NCBI GenBank assembly: GCA_050951325.1
Contig: JBMNIW010000006.1
Span: forward strand, 64,001 to 128,000
Source: Clostridia bacterium
GTDB taxonomy: Bacteria > Bacillota > Clostridia > UBA1212 > DUPL01
DNA length: 64,000 nucleotides
Direction of reading: 5' to 3'
Both the position numbers and the translations under genes were made by a program. This document shows positions 1-9,446 of this stretch, piece after piece; the first letter of the stretch is position 1, and every line of letters begins with the position of its first letter. The notes below the pieces were generated by a model, which did no database searches, was not told the DNA's origin, and was given only the letters and a program-made list of their open reading frames with translations.

Positions 1-542
1 ATTGTGATTCTGTAATGTATGCATTTGTAGCCTTTAACAAAAACCTTCATATAATGTATGGTGAATTCTGTTTTAACAACACTGTTGGAAGGAGTGTAAA
101 GCAATTCAAAAAACTCCTCAATTATCTTTTCATCAAAAAAACCCTTGCCATCCTCATACTCCATGTATTGTACATCGGTAATATTTGGCATACTCAGCAC
201 AATATCATCCCTTGCAAACAACACATAATCCTTGCTTGCAAAAACCTTTTTAGGCTGATAAAACAAGTTTTCCGGGTCATCTTTCAAGCTGTATATACCA
301 TGCTTGAATGGAGCATAAAACATGCTTGGTAGATAGTTGTCCTCTTTTACATAACCTATCCTTTCACTCAGCTCATTGTACTTCCATTCCGGAGTCATGG
401 GCATATATCTGTTTCCATCTATATACAGCACATATTGACTCATACCATATCTTTTCACCTTTAGCTCATAAACTCCAAGTATAACAACAAGCAATACCAA
501 AGGCACAAGCACGGTAATAACTTTCTTTGTTTTCCTGCTCAT
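1..542 (-). CDS. hypothetical membrane-anchored/secreted protein, 3' end beyond window
   Basis: Not in ORF track because it runs off the edge. ATG at 542 with GAGG upstream; reads MSRKTKKVITVLVPLVLLVVILGVYELKVKRYG... open to position 1; basic N-terminus plus hydrophobic helix. Confidence 0.75.
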   Translation of the reverse strand, partial: MSRKTKKVITVLVPLVLLVVILGVYELKVKRYGMSQYVLYIDGNRYMPMTPEWKYNELSERIGYVKEDNYLPSMFYAPFKHGIYSLKDDPENLFYQPKKVFASKDYVLFARDDIVLSMPNITDVQYMEYEDGKGFFDEKIIEEFFELLYTPSNSVVKTEFTIHYMKVFVKGYKCIHYRIT

Positions 543-720
543 AATATCAATCCTCACAATGAACAAACGCCAACTGCAGAACCTATGTAACATTAAAAAA
601 TCGTATTCTACATCTTTATTGTATCACAGTTATTGTAAATACCAAATATACATAATGTCAAATCCATCCTTGTTTTGTAAAATGATTTATATGGTTTGCA
701 GAGTTTGATACTTTGAGGAA

Positions 721-1480
721 CTATTCTTCCAACATTATTGTGCATAGCAGTCCTCTTACAGGTATCCTGTCTACCTCATACTTTCGCCGAAGTGTCGAGG
801 GGATGGATTCCACGCCGTTACGGATCTTTGCAAAATCCTTAAACTCCGATGTTTTCATGTAGCGGAGTTGTCTTGCTCTTAAAACGGTTTTATGTGATAT
901 TGTTTTGGACGATTTCTTTTTATGAAATTTCGGTCTGCACTGCTCACGGTAAGGACATTTGTTGCAAGTTTCTTTATTTAGTATGATGCGAACTGTATTT
1001 GTGGATAAATAATATTTGCAGGTTGTAGGGAATTGGCCTTCTAGGCATTTTAAAACTTTTTTGTCATATTTGCTGAATTCAAATTCCGTATAAAAGTAAT
1101 CAGGTATCTTGCCTACCAAGTTGGTGTTGATCAGATTTATATTATTTTCATCTGCAATTGCAACATTTTCCTCGCCTCTATATGATCCATCGGTTACAGG
1201 TGTTTCCTGAGCTTCAACGACACCCTTTAGAAATTGGCTTTCACTGTATGTGTTTGGTTGAAATCGTAATCAGTTATAACACTACCGTTTTCAGAGATAT
1301 TTTAAACTATGTTAGCTACATAACCACGGTGTTCTTTTCCCGCTTTCATGTAATAGGTCGCATCATGGTCAGAAGGATTTTGAAGTATTTCGGAGTGCTA
1401 GGATTTATCATCGTCTTCCTTAAGGTTCAACACTCCGTGTTCATCCATTACTCTTTGCTCAACTATTACTCGCTCAAGTA
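721..1480 (-). pseudogene. decayed DDE transposase (IS1182/IS5-like), central and C-terminal fragments
   Basis: Minus-strand pieces in shifting frames: LQNPSDHDATYYMKAGKEHRGYVANIV*, PVTDGSYRGEEN, then CNKCPYREQC and RNGVESIPSTLRRKY; internal stop and frameshift; no N-terminus. Confidence 0.7.
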
Positions 1481-1549
1481 ACAGATACTCACTTTTGCCT
1501 TTGTATTTTCGGAGTATCAATTTACTTTACACCCTAATTATTTATGGTT

Positions 1550-1623
1550 ATTACATTATTAAACAAACTGTAAAATTTGCCATTTATATAGAAAAAGTAT
1601 TCCATTAGTGCGGATAAGGTAAT
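1550..1623 (+). repeat. 74-bp direct repeat, left copy (target-site duplication of the IS1634-family element)
   Basis: attacattattaaac...gcggataaggtaat is identical to 3658..3731. Confidence 0.95.
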
Positions 1624-3657
1624 CTTGAGTTTAACAGTTAGAATTAAAAAAAACCTCCATAAACCCTTGTAATTAGTGGGTTTTTGAGGTTTTGTTTATT
1701 TCAGAAAAATGTTGTGTATTTATGGTCACTTTTTGGTATTTGCAATTAGTTGCCTGATGTCGCCTGCTTTTAGGAAGCGTCTATCCAGTCTCAAATTCAA
1801 ATCCTCACCCAAATCTTTTAGTATTTGGTCATAGTAGGTTGCCTTGTATACATTGTCCTTAATCCAACAAACCTGATAATTTCTCAAAGATTTGATTACC
1901 TGTTCAGGGGCATACTTTCCGTCCAGTCGTTTACACAAAAGTCTTAAGACTAGCAAGGCTATGAAACATGTAAGAAAGTGGGCATCAATCCTTTGCTCGA
2001 GTGTAACATTAACAGGTCTGGCTTCAATATCGCTTTTAGTAATCCTGAAACTATGTTCTATCTCCCAAAGACCGTGATATGCTTTGACGACATCATGGTC
2101 TGGCATATCCAGTTCGCTTGTAATGATTGCATAGTAGCCATCATACTTTTCGTCTTCCGCAATCCTGTCTTCATCCAGACTGGGTAAACGCCTGGTTTTA
2201 ATGTACTCACCAGTTTCCGGGTCATATTCAATGTTTTTTACATATCGTAATGCCCCACCTGCCTCACTCTTATCATAGCGTTTGGGATTTTCTATGATTC
2301 TTTTGGCCTTGGCAATAAGTTCAGCCCTCTTGTGCTTCTGGCGTCTTGCATAAAGCTCGTTGTAACATACAATCTGTTTTACATCCAACTGTATTTTGCG
2401 TTTGACATCATCTGCATGAGTTACCCAGAATTCCTGTGGATATAGTCGTGATTTCATGCGGAACAATCCGCTGTCTTGGTTGCCATTTCTTTCGTTCCAT
2501 GAATCAGCATGTTTTACTATCCCGTGCACATCTACATATCCTGACTGATCAAAAACATAGTCTTGCAGATCTTTGGAAGCTCCCCGTATTTTCTGAGAGA
2601 ATATGAATCCATCTCCTTTGGCCATGAGAAATGCGATGTTGTCTCCGCTATTCAATCCTTTGTCTGCTACGGTAATTATTCTACCCAGTCCATAACTGGC
2701 ACGTATTTTATGCAACAGCGGCATCATTGTCTGACTGTCATGGGTGTTCCCTTTAAATAACTGATACGCTATTGGAATAGCATCAGAATCAAGAAGCAGT
2801 CCCATTTGCACTAGCGGATTTCGTGTATTGTGCTTGCAATAACCCTTGCGACGAAATTCATCCTCTTTATCAATCTCAAAGTAAAAGTTTGTGACATCAT
2901 AAAAGACAACATCAGTTTTACGTTGATAGTTGATTCTGACCTGCTCGTGAAGATGGAGGAGAAGGTCATCTCGAAAAGATGCAAAATAGTCCAATGCACG
3001 ATAAACATCATACCAATCACATTTGAAATCTTTAGCCATACGTTCTTTTTGTCTGTAACTGTCTATCTTGGACCCTGGAGATAGAATCCTTGTATACACC
3101 AACAATTGCATAACATCGTTTAGCGAATAATCCATGGACAGGCTTCGTTGACGATTGATAATGAATTTGTCGATTTTTAACTGATGGTAAATTGAGCTTA
3201 GAGGAAGGAATCCCATGTGCTGCAAGGAATCTTCGTTCACTTCCATGGTCTCGTCTTCAGAAATAGTACCCAGAAATATTTCCTTTTTACTTTTTTCCTC
3301 GTTAAGTTTCTGGGTCCGAATACGTGCAATCTCTTTAAAATGTGCTATTGGATCCTCGTAACGATCAAGATATTCATCCAGATAGCCCAAATTCTCAACC
3401 AGCTTATGTTTGACTTTTTTGGTTGCAGGGTCACGATAACCTTCAACAAAACTTAAATTGATTTTGCCGTTTTTCAGTTTGGTAACTTTCAAAAACATCC
3501 AACAGCACCTCCTGATAGTAATCAGTTATATTATACCATGTTCTACTACATTATACAACAGAAAAATGAAAATTATTTGACATAAAAAAAGGCGCCAAGT
3601 TGGCGTTATTTAGGGCATTTTTGCAATTTAAATTGAAGATTAACTGTTAAACTAGGG
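1624..3657 (-). mobile_element. IS1634-family insertion sequence, complete, 2034 bp
   Basis: Imperfect 17-bp terminal inverted repeats (cttgagtttaacagtta at 1624; taactgttaaactaggg ending 3657), flanking 74-bp direct repeats, one long transposase ORF. Confidence 0.9.
1726..3498 (-). CDS. IS1634-family DDE transposase
   Basis: 590 aa; FYDVTNFYFE, VADKGLNS, YDGYYAIITS, YHGLWEIEHSFRITKS, RIDAHFLTCFIAL motifs. Confidence 0.92.
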   Translation of the reverse strand: MFLKVTKLKNGKINLSFVEGYRDPATKKVKHKLVENLGYLDEYLDRYEDPIAHFKEIARIRTQKLNEEKSKKEIFLGTISEDETMEVNEDSLQHMGFLPLSSIYHQLKIDKFIINRQRSLSMDYSLNDVMQLLVYTRILSPGSKIDSYRQKERMAKDFKCDWYDVYRALDYFASFRDDLLLHLHEQVRINYQRKTDVVFYDVTNFYFEIDKEDEFRRKGYCKHNTRNPLVQMGLLLDSDAIPIAYQLFKGNTHDSQTMMPLLHKIRASYGLGRIITVADKGLNSGDNIAFLMAKGDGFIFSQKIRGASKDLQDYVFDQSGYVDVHGIVKHADSWNERNGNQDSGLFRMKSRLYPQEFWVTHADDVKRKIQLDVKQIVCYNELYARRQKHKRAELIAKAKRIIENPKRYDKSEAGGALRYVKNIEYDPETGEYIKTRRLPSLDEDRIAEDEKYDGYYAIITSELDMPDHDVVKAYHGLWEIEHSFRITKSDIEARPVNVTLEQRIDAHFLTCFIALLVLRLLCKRLDGKYAPEQVIKSLRNYQVCWIKDNVYKATYYDQILKDLGEDLNLRLDRRFLKAGDIRQLIANTKK

Positions 3658-3731
3658 ATTACATTATTAAACAAACTGTAAAATTTGCCATTTATATAGA
3701 AAAAGTATTCCATTAGTGCGGATAAGGTAAT
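3658..3731 (+). repeat. 74-bp direct repeat, right copy
   Basis: Identical to 1550..1623. Confidence 0.95.
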
Positions 3732-3809
3732 CTACTATAGTAGAAAATGCTTTGAACGAAGTATTCAGTTAAAAATTTTATAATGAAATCTAATAAGGAG
3801 TGATAAAAA

Positions 3810-4625
3810 ATGAAAAAAAGAATTTTGATTGCTGTTTTTGCAATGATTATTTCGGTTACTATCATAGTTCTTTCTGGTTTTGACAAGACTACGATGGAAC
3901 CGATTGATAATGGTCCGTATGAATCATATGCAGGTGTGCGTTTTCTGGCAAAAAAAGTTCCTAATGAAAGGGTTCTTACAATTGACGGTAATAAGATTTT
4001 GCTGAAATATGATAGCACGATAAATACCGCTGATAAAATGCCAGAAGACAGAGAAGACAAATACGGAACTTATGATGAGTATGTTGACGACGAAGGAAAC
4101 ATATATTCATTTTTGCATAATACCAACCTTCTCTGCGGCATACTTAACTTGGGAATAAACAAGCAATATGCAGACTCCATATCTGAAGATACAGCTAGGA
4201 ACATCGCTGAACTTTATCTAAACGAGGTTCTTGGTGTTGATGCTTTCAAAAAATACACATATGACAGCATAATATATGACGAAGGGTTTGAAAGGTATAT
4301 CCTTAAATATTACTATCCTCTCGGTAACATGAAGACCGATGATGAGATTTATATAACTATTGATAATTTTGGAAATATTATTAGTTTGTCTGCGCTTAAT
4401 CTAAATAAGTACGCAGAGATTACAATAGATACGTATGACATTGAAAAAACAGAAGGCAACGGAATGAACTATCTGTCTAATTTGGATAACAGTAATGTGG
4501 AAATCCAGGATATATTTATTTCCATGGATTACAAAGGCAGGTTGACTCTCACATATATCTATACATTTGCAAATAACGAGATAAGTCAAGCTGAAAGGTA
4601 TGATACCATACTGATTAAAAAGTAG
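3810..4625 (+). CDS. secreted hypothetical protein (possible PepSY/YcdB-like repeat)
   Basis: AAGGAG RBS; signal peptide MKKRILIAVFAMII; ISEDTARNIAELYL motif resembles PepSY-type helices. Confidence 0.7.
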   Translation: MKKRILIAVFAMIISVTIIVLSGFDKTTMEPIDNGPYESYAGVRFLAKKVPNERVLTIDGNKILLKYDSTINTADKMPEDREDKYGTYDEYVDDEGNIYSFLHNTNLLCGILNLGINKQYADSISEDTARNIAELYLNEVLGVDAFKKYTYDSIIYDEGFERYILKYYYPLGNMKTDDEIYITIDNFGNIISLSALNLNKYAEITIDTYDIEKTEGNGMNYLSNLDNSNVEIQDIFISMDYKGRLTLTYIYTFANNEISQAERYDTILIKK

Positions 4626-4775
4626 CATATATGTTATGTATTCAAAAGCTGTAGCATTAGTTGTTTCATAGAACTGATTTTTTTGCTCTGGAATGATATA
4701 ATAAAGGTTATGTCTTGTCAAGTGGTGTGAAATATTTTTCTACTAAGTAACTAAAATTAACTATACCCACCGCAT

Positions 4776-5818
4776 TTATTCCACGGTCCTATTGACAACA
4801 AGCATCTCCCATATGCTTTCATGCAGCTGCGGCACCTCCATGCCTGGGGCATTAAGCTGCCTGGCTTGAGAGCCTAGCATATGGGGCCCTCTTATTGTCA
4901 ATAGGCTTTCGCGGCACAAACGCTTATTTCTCATATTATTACATTTTGTCTGCATTCGGCAGCTTTTTAAATGCATCTTTAACATAAGTTCATCTATCGA
5001 TTTCTTGGATAGGTACCTTCTTTCTGCTACGTTCCATTCATCGTTCTGCTCTATCAGTATAGCTCCGCCTAAGCAAATTACAGAGGACCTGTCCGGGAAA
5101 ACACTTACTACATTAAAACGCCTTCTAATCTCTTTATTTAAGCGCTCTATCAAGTTTGAAGAGTATATATGTTTCCAATGTTTTTCCGGAAAACTCATAT
5201 ATTCCAGGATGTCTTCTTCCGCGTCCATAACTGTCTGAGCAGCTTTAGGAAATCTCCCTTTTAACTGCTCAATGACATACTTCAGTGTTTGCTTTGCATT
5301 ATTTAGATCTTCTTGCATAAATATTGTTCTTATGCCACCAGACTTTTCTGTTTCTTAGGAACATCACATAGTACTTTTCTCATGAAATGAACCTGGCAAC
5401 GTTGCCATGAGGAGCCTGTTAATACCTTACTTATTGCGTTCTTAAGCCCTTGATGAAAATCACTGATCACCAGCTTTACACCTTTCAATCCCCTGTTAAC
5501 CAGTGATTGTAGGAAGTTTATCCAGTATTCACACGTCTCGCTCATTCCAATATCATAGCCAAGTACCTCTCGTGTGCCATTGGTGTTAATTCCAACTGCT
5601 ATTACCATTGCCATAGACCTGATATGACCATTTTCTCTTACTCTGGGGAATGTTGCATCCAGATACAGGTATGGATATCCTTTGTCTGATAATTCTCTGT
5701 TTCTGAACTCTTCAACGATGCCATCCAGCTCTTTGGATAACCTTGAGACCTTGCTCTTATCGATATTTAACTCTAGGCTTTCTACCAAGTTATCGACCTT
5801 TCTGGTGCTAACACCAAA
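4776..5818 (-). pseudogene. IS256-family transposase pseudogene (5' truncated, frameshifted)
   Basis: GVSTRKV, YLYLDAT, REVLG, LVISD.H.GL, WQRCQVHFMR, then frameshift near 5333 (VA* vs IRTIFMQED), SSNLIERLNKEIRRR, LIEQNDEW...RRYL. Confidence 0.9.
4788..4905. repeat. 118-bp imperfect palindrome with ~30-bp arms
   Basis: cctattgacaacaagcatctcccatatgct pairs with agcatatggggccctcttattgtcaatagg. Confidence 0.8.
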
Positions 5819-6109
5819 TTGACAAACATCAGAAACACTACAAGAACAAGTCGTAAAAACAAAAAACAGCTGCATAAATGGTCTTCCTACAGACTTGCTA
5901 GTTTTATCCAATACAAGGGAAGTTTAGCGGGAATTAAGGTTGAATATGTTAATCCACAAAATACAAGTCAAAAGTATCCGAATTGTAAAGCCTTTAACAA
6001 GGTGGAAGATAGAAAATACGTGTGTAAATTATGTGGCTATGAAAAGCACAGGGATATAGTGGGTGCTATAAATATAATATCAGCACCTGTGGTGGATGGT
6101 GTAGCGTAA
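5819..6109 (+). pseudogene. tnpB: tnpB (IS200/IS605-type RNA-guided nuclease) C-terminal remnant
   Basis: LHKWSSYRLASFIQYK..GIKVEYVNPQNTSQKYPNC...YVCKLCGYEKHRDIVGAINI is the Zn ribbon plus RuvC-III; first Zn Cys replaced by Tyr; N-terminal part missing. Confidence 0.88.
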
Positions 6110-6241
6110 GCGATAGTCTACCAGCCCAAGATGCTATATGCACTGTCTTGGGAGGGGTGATGGCACACCCTAAACTTCGGGGAACTACAGATGCCAGAAA
6201 TGGACTTCTGACTACCACCGAAGAATCCAGGGGAGTGTCAA
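6110..6241 (+). ncRNA. putative TnpB omegaRNA scaffold / IS605-type right end
   Basis: Hairpins cccaagatg/tgtcttggg, gggtg/caccc, cttcgg/ccgaag after the tnpB stop; ends gaatccaggggagtgTCAA. Confidence 0.6.
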
Positions 6242-7293
6242 ATACTTAGCAAACTTCTATACCACCTGATTGCAATAGCCCTTATCATTGCATAAACAGG
6301 AACAGCAAGAAAAACTCCTGCAATTCCGAAGAACTCTCCTCCCAGGAACACGACAATAATGGTGGTGACAGGATGTATGCCCAGTTTTCCTTCGATAATC
6401 TTGGGACCCAGAAAGTTATTGTCAAACTGCTGCACGCCTACAAACAGCAGAAAAGTCCACAACGCCTTTGTGGGAGAAGCAAGAAGAGCAACAATAACTG
6501 CAGGCACTGCACCAATAAAGGGGCCAAAATATGGTATGAGATTTGAAAACCCTCCAATAATTCCTAAAAGAATAGCGTAAGGAACCTTTAGAAGATAAAG
6601 CCCAATGGTTTCGAGCACCCCGATTATTACCGCTATTAGCAATTGCCCTTGAAGAAACTTTGCAGAAATCTTACCAAGCTCATAAAAGGTGTCGGTTATT
6701 GTGTTTCTATAGTCGTACGGAAAAACAGACAAAATCCAGCTGCTTAAAACTTCCTTGTCCTTGAGAAAATAATATGTCAATATGATGGAGGTTACCAAGT
6801 CCAGTATTAAATTGAATACTTTCTTGTAGGACCTTGAGATGGCATCAAGCATTTTTTCACTGGTCTTTTCAATAACGTCCATGGCGCCTTTAGAGTACTT
6901 CTCAAATACTACATAACGCTCGCTGTTTTTCCCCATCCCTAACATGCCTGCTATTCTTTCTGCAATTTCATCCACTCTCTCCTGGATCACAGGTATATTC
7001 AAGACAATCTCCTTCAGGTTTTCTGCAATTGCGGGTATGAGGAAAACCATTACCATGGTAAGCATGACAAGGCCCAATATGAAAGTAAGCATGATGGCAT
7101 GATTTCTTTTCATATTGGCCTTCTTTTGAAACATGGAAACAACAGGCTCCATCATGTACGATAACAAAAGCGCAATAATTACAGGGACGAGGATGTGTAT
7201 AAGCCTTTTTCGTAATATTATGACAATTATGAGCAAAAAGATGGCAGGAAGAAGAAAAATTATCTTCTCCCTGCATTTTGTATCCCTTTTCAT
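6238..7293 (-). CDS. AI-2E family transporter (YrrI-like)
   Basis: 351 aa, multiple TM helices, NLIPYFGPFIG and QQFDNNFLGPKIIEGKLGIHP motifs. Confidence 0.9.
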   Translation of the reverse strand: MKRDTKCREKIIFLLPAIFLLIIVIILRKRLIHILVPVIIALLLSYMMEPVVSMFQKKANMKRNHAIMLTFILGLVMLTMVMVFLIPAIAENLKEIVLNIPVIQERVDEIAERIAGMLGMGKNSERYVVFEKYSKGAMDVIEKTSEKMLDAISRSYKKVFNLILDLVTSIILTYYFLKDKEVLSSWILSVFPYDYRNTITDTFYELGKISAKFLQGQLLIAVIIGVLETIGLYLLKVPYAILLGIIGGFSNLIPYFGPFIGAVPAVIVALLASPTKALWTFLLFVGVQQFDNNFLGPKIIEGKLGIHPVTTIIVVFLGGEFFGIAGVFLAVPVYAMIRAIAIRWYRSLLSI

Positions 7294-7451
7294 TAGAACA
7301 TTCCAGATATGAATGAACCTGCTTTTCGTAGAACTTTTTTGCTGTTTCTCCCTAATGTCTTGTTGTTAGCCATGCTTTCAACAATCATTCCAATAGCTCC
7401 TCCAGCAGCCGCACCTACAATTAACCCTGTAAGATATTTAGTTTTTTTCAT
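7293..7451 (-). CDS. small membrane protein (YtxH/YrzQ-like)
   Basis: MKKTKYLTGLIVGAAAGGAIGM; start moved to the ATG at 7451, which overlaps the upstream gene end. Confidence 0.7.
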   Translation of the reverse strand: MKKTKYLTGLIVGAAAGGAIGMIVESMANNKTLGRNSKKVLRKAGSFISGMF

Positions 7452-7929
7452 CCCAATCACTCCTTCCGGCAATAATGTGATCTTCAGCAAATTCCACACC
7501 GTCCCTAAGTAACAGAAGATTTCTTCCTTGCACAACATCCTCCATAAACCCGCGGGACAATTCAAAGCCTTCTATACTTCCAGTCTCTATATCAAACACC
7601 AGATCCCTTACAACACCAAGACCTTTTCCGTCTCTGGTAACAACGTTACGCCCAAGCAGTTTTTCCATATCGTTGTTCCTTTTGTACTTACGCTTTCTGG
7701 GCAACTTCCTGATTGCACTGGAACTGTAGATAATACAGTTGTTTTTATCAATTCTTAAACAGTCTTCCAAAGCAACAAACTTTCGTCCAAAGCTCAGGCC
7801 TATTTGATCCACTAGAAAGCCTACAATGCAATTGGACTCGTCATAGACAGGTTCCATAAGGAAACCTGCCCTGCTTTCATCTTTAAGACATACTATGGGA
7901 ATTCCTTTTACATCCATCAGTTTAACCAC
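7438..7929 (-). CDS. PRC-barrel domain protein (YrrD-like)
   Basis: Two PRC-barrel halves; LLGRNVVTRDGKGLGVVRDLVFDIETGSIEGFELSRG; AAGGAG RBS. Confidence 0.85.
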   Translation of the reverse strand: MVKLMDVKGIPIVCLKDESRAGFLMEPVYDESNCIVGFLVDQIGLSFGRKFVALEDCLRIDKNNCIIYSSSAIRKLPRKRKYKRNNDMEKLLGRNVVTRDGKGLGVVRDLVFDIETGSIEGFELSRGFMEDVVQGRNLLLLRDGVEFAEDHIIAGRSDWDEKN

Positions 7930-8046
7930 AAAAAGCGCTCCTTATTGAAATAAATATGCAAAAAGATAAAACCGTTTGGACGGCAAAAATATTTTGCTCA
8001 TAATCTGTAATTTTAATTCAATACAAAATATGGGATAAAAACAGGC

Positions 8047-8075
8047 TTGAAAATGATACTAAACACAAGTACAAT
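8047..8075 (+). promoter_or_regulatory. sigmaA-type promoter
   Basis: TTGAAA-N17-TACAAT upstream of AAGGAG RBS. Confidence 0.65.
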
Positions 8076-8114
8076 ATGGGATGTTGAGTAAATAAGAAGG
8101 AGTAAAGATGTAAA

Positions 8115-9428
8115 GTGATAAAAATACCAAAGATTCTTTTGCCAAATAAAAACATTAACATGACAAAATGGTCCACAATAGCATGCGACCAATACACATC
8201 CGAACTGGAATATTGGAAATCTGTTGAAAGCGAAGTAGAAAACGAACCTTCAACGTATCATCTAATGCTTCCCGAAATTTATCTTGAGGAAGAAGATGTC
8301 GATGAAAGAATTGAAAAAATAAACAAAACGATGGATAAGTACATAAGCGATGGGATATTTGAAGAGAAAGGCCCTTGCATAATTGTGGTTGAACGCTCAT
8401 TTCCAAATGCGCCAACAAGAACCGGCATGATGCTGACTTTGGATCTGGAAGACTATGATTTCCATAAAGACTCTACATCTTTAATCAGGGCAACCGAAGG
8501 CACTGTGGAGGAAAGAATACCTCCTAGAATGAAGATAAGAGAGAACGCTTCTATCGAAATGCCCCATATCATGGTGTTGATTGATGATCCTGAAAAAACC
8601 GTTTTAGAACCATTAAAGGAATATGCGGTAAACAATCTTGTACCCATTTATGACTTTGAACTTATGAAAGATGGAGGCCATATAAAAGGTTATGAGATAA
8701 CAGATAATGAGATAATTGAGAAAATGAAATCCTCAATTTTAAGACTTGCTGACAAGGAAGTGTTTAAAAACAAGTACAATACAGACGTTGATGTATCACC
8801 CATGCTGTTTGCAGTAGGAGATGGAAACCATTCTCTGGCTTCTGCAAAGTGTCATTGGGACAATATTAAAAAAGGACTGAGTGAAGAAGAAAAGGCAAAT
8901 CATCCTGCAAGGTTTGCATTGTGTGAGATTGTGAACATACACGACCAAGGTATAGTATTTGAGCCTATACACCGTGTTCTTTTTAATGTGGATACAGGAT
9001 ATTTGCTTGACGAACTGCAAGGATACTTCATGGAAAATGCAACGATAGTGAATATCCCAGAGGATTTTGATGAATCAAAAGCAGAAAAACAGGAAGGCGT
9101 TCATACCATTTTGTTTGTTTCTGAAAATGAAAAAGGAATAATCTATATCGATGAAAAAGTACACACCCTTGCAACAGGAGCACTGCAGCCTTTTCTTGAT
9201 AGGTTCCTTGAATACAACGAGGATGTGAAAATCGATTACATCCATGGACTTGACTCATTGAAGCAAATTGGGACAAGAAAAGGCAATATAGGATTTATCT
9301 TCCCCAATCTTGACAAGAGAGACTTCTTCACCTCTATTGTTAAAAACGGACCCATGCCAAGAAAAACATTTTCATTGGGAGAAGCCAATGAAAAAAGATA
9401 TTATCTGGAGTGCAGAAAAATAAAATAA
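8115..9428 (+). CDS. DUF1015 family protein
   Basis: ACDQYTS, IRATEGTVEERIPPR, VGDGNHSLA, MPRKTFS motifs. Confidence 0.85.
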   Translation: MIKIPKILLPNKNINMTKWSTIACDQYTSELEYWKSVESEVENEPSTYHLMLPEIYLEEEDVDERIEKINKTMDKYISDGIFEEKGPCIIVVERSFPNAPTRTGMMLTLDLEDYDFHKDSTSLIRATEGTVEERIPPRMKIRENASIEMPHIMVLIDDPEKTVLEPLKEYAVNNLVPIYDFELMKDGGHIKGYEITDNEIIEKMKSSILRLADKEVFKNKYNTDVDVSPMLFAVGDGNHSLASAKCHWDNIKKGLSEEEKANHPARFALCEIVNIHDQGIVFEPIHRVLFNVDTGYLLDELQGYFMENATIVNIPEDFDESKAEKQEGVHTILFVSENEKGIIYIDEKVHTLATGALQPFLDRFLEYNEDVKIDYIHGLDSLKQIGTRKGNIGFIFPNLDKRDFFTSIVKNGPMPRKTFSLGEANEKRYYLECRKIK

Positions 9429-9446
9429 TATCTAGGAGGTATTTTT

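Larger units (their letters stand above)
4706..5818 (-). mobile_element. truncated IS256-family element (one end retained, 5' part lost)
   Basis: End-like sequence ggttatgtcttgtcaagtggtgtgaaat at 4706; transposase remnants from ~5818 downward. Confidence 0.75.

Noticed and set aside
15-332. Plus-strand 105-aa ORF
   Set aside because: Shadow of the minus-strand gene 542..<1, which has an RBS and a TM/signal N-terminus.
1158-1481. Plus-strand 107-aa ORF
   Set aside because: Antisense to the decayed transposase; no motifs or RBS.
5330-5911. 193-aa ORF as an intact gene
   Set aside because: Its first ~30 codons are antisense tnpB sequence joined to an IS256 fragment.
5819-6241. Possible Cas12f/type V CRISPR locus
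   Set aside because: The protein is only a C-terminal fragment followed by an IS605-type TCAA end; no repeat-spacer array or cas1/cas2 seen in the window.
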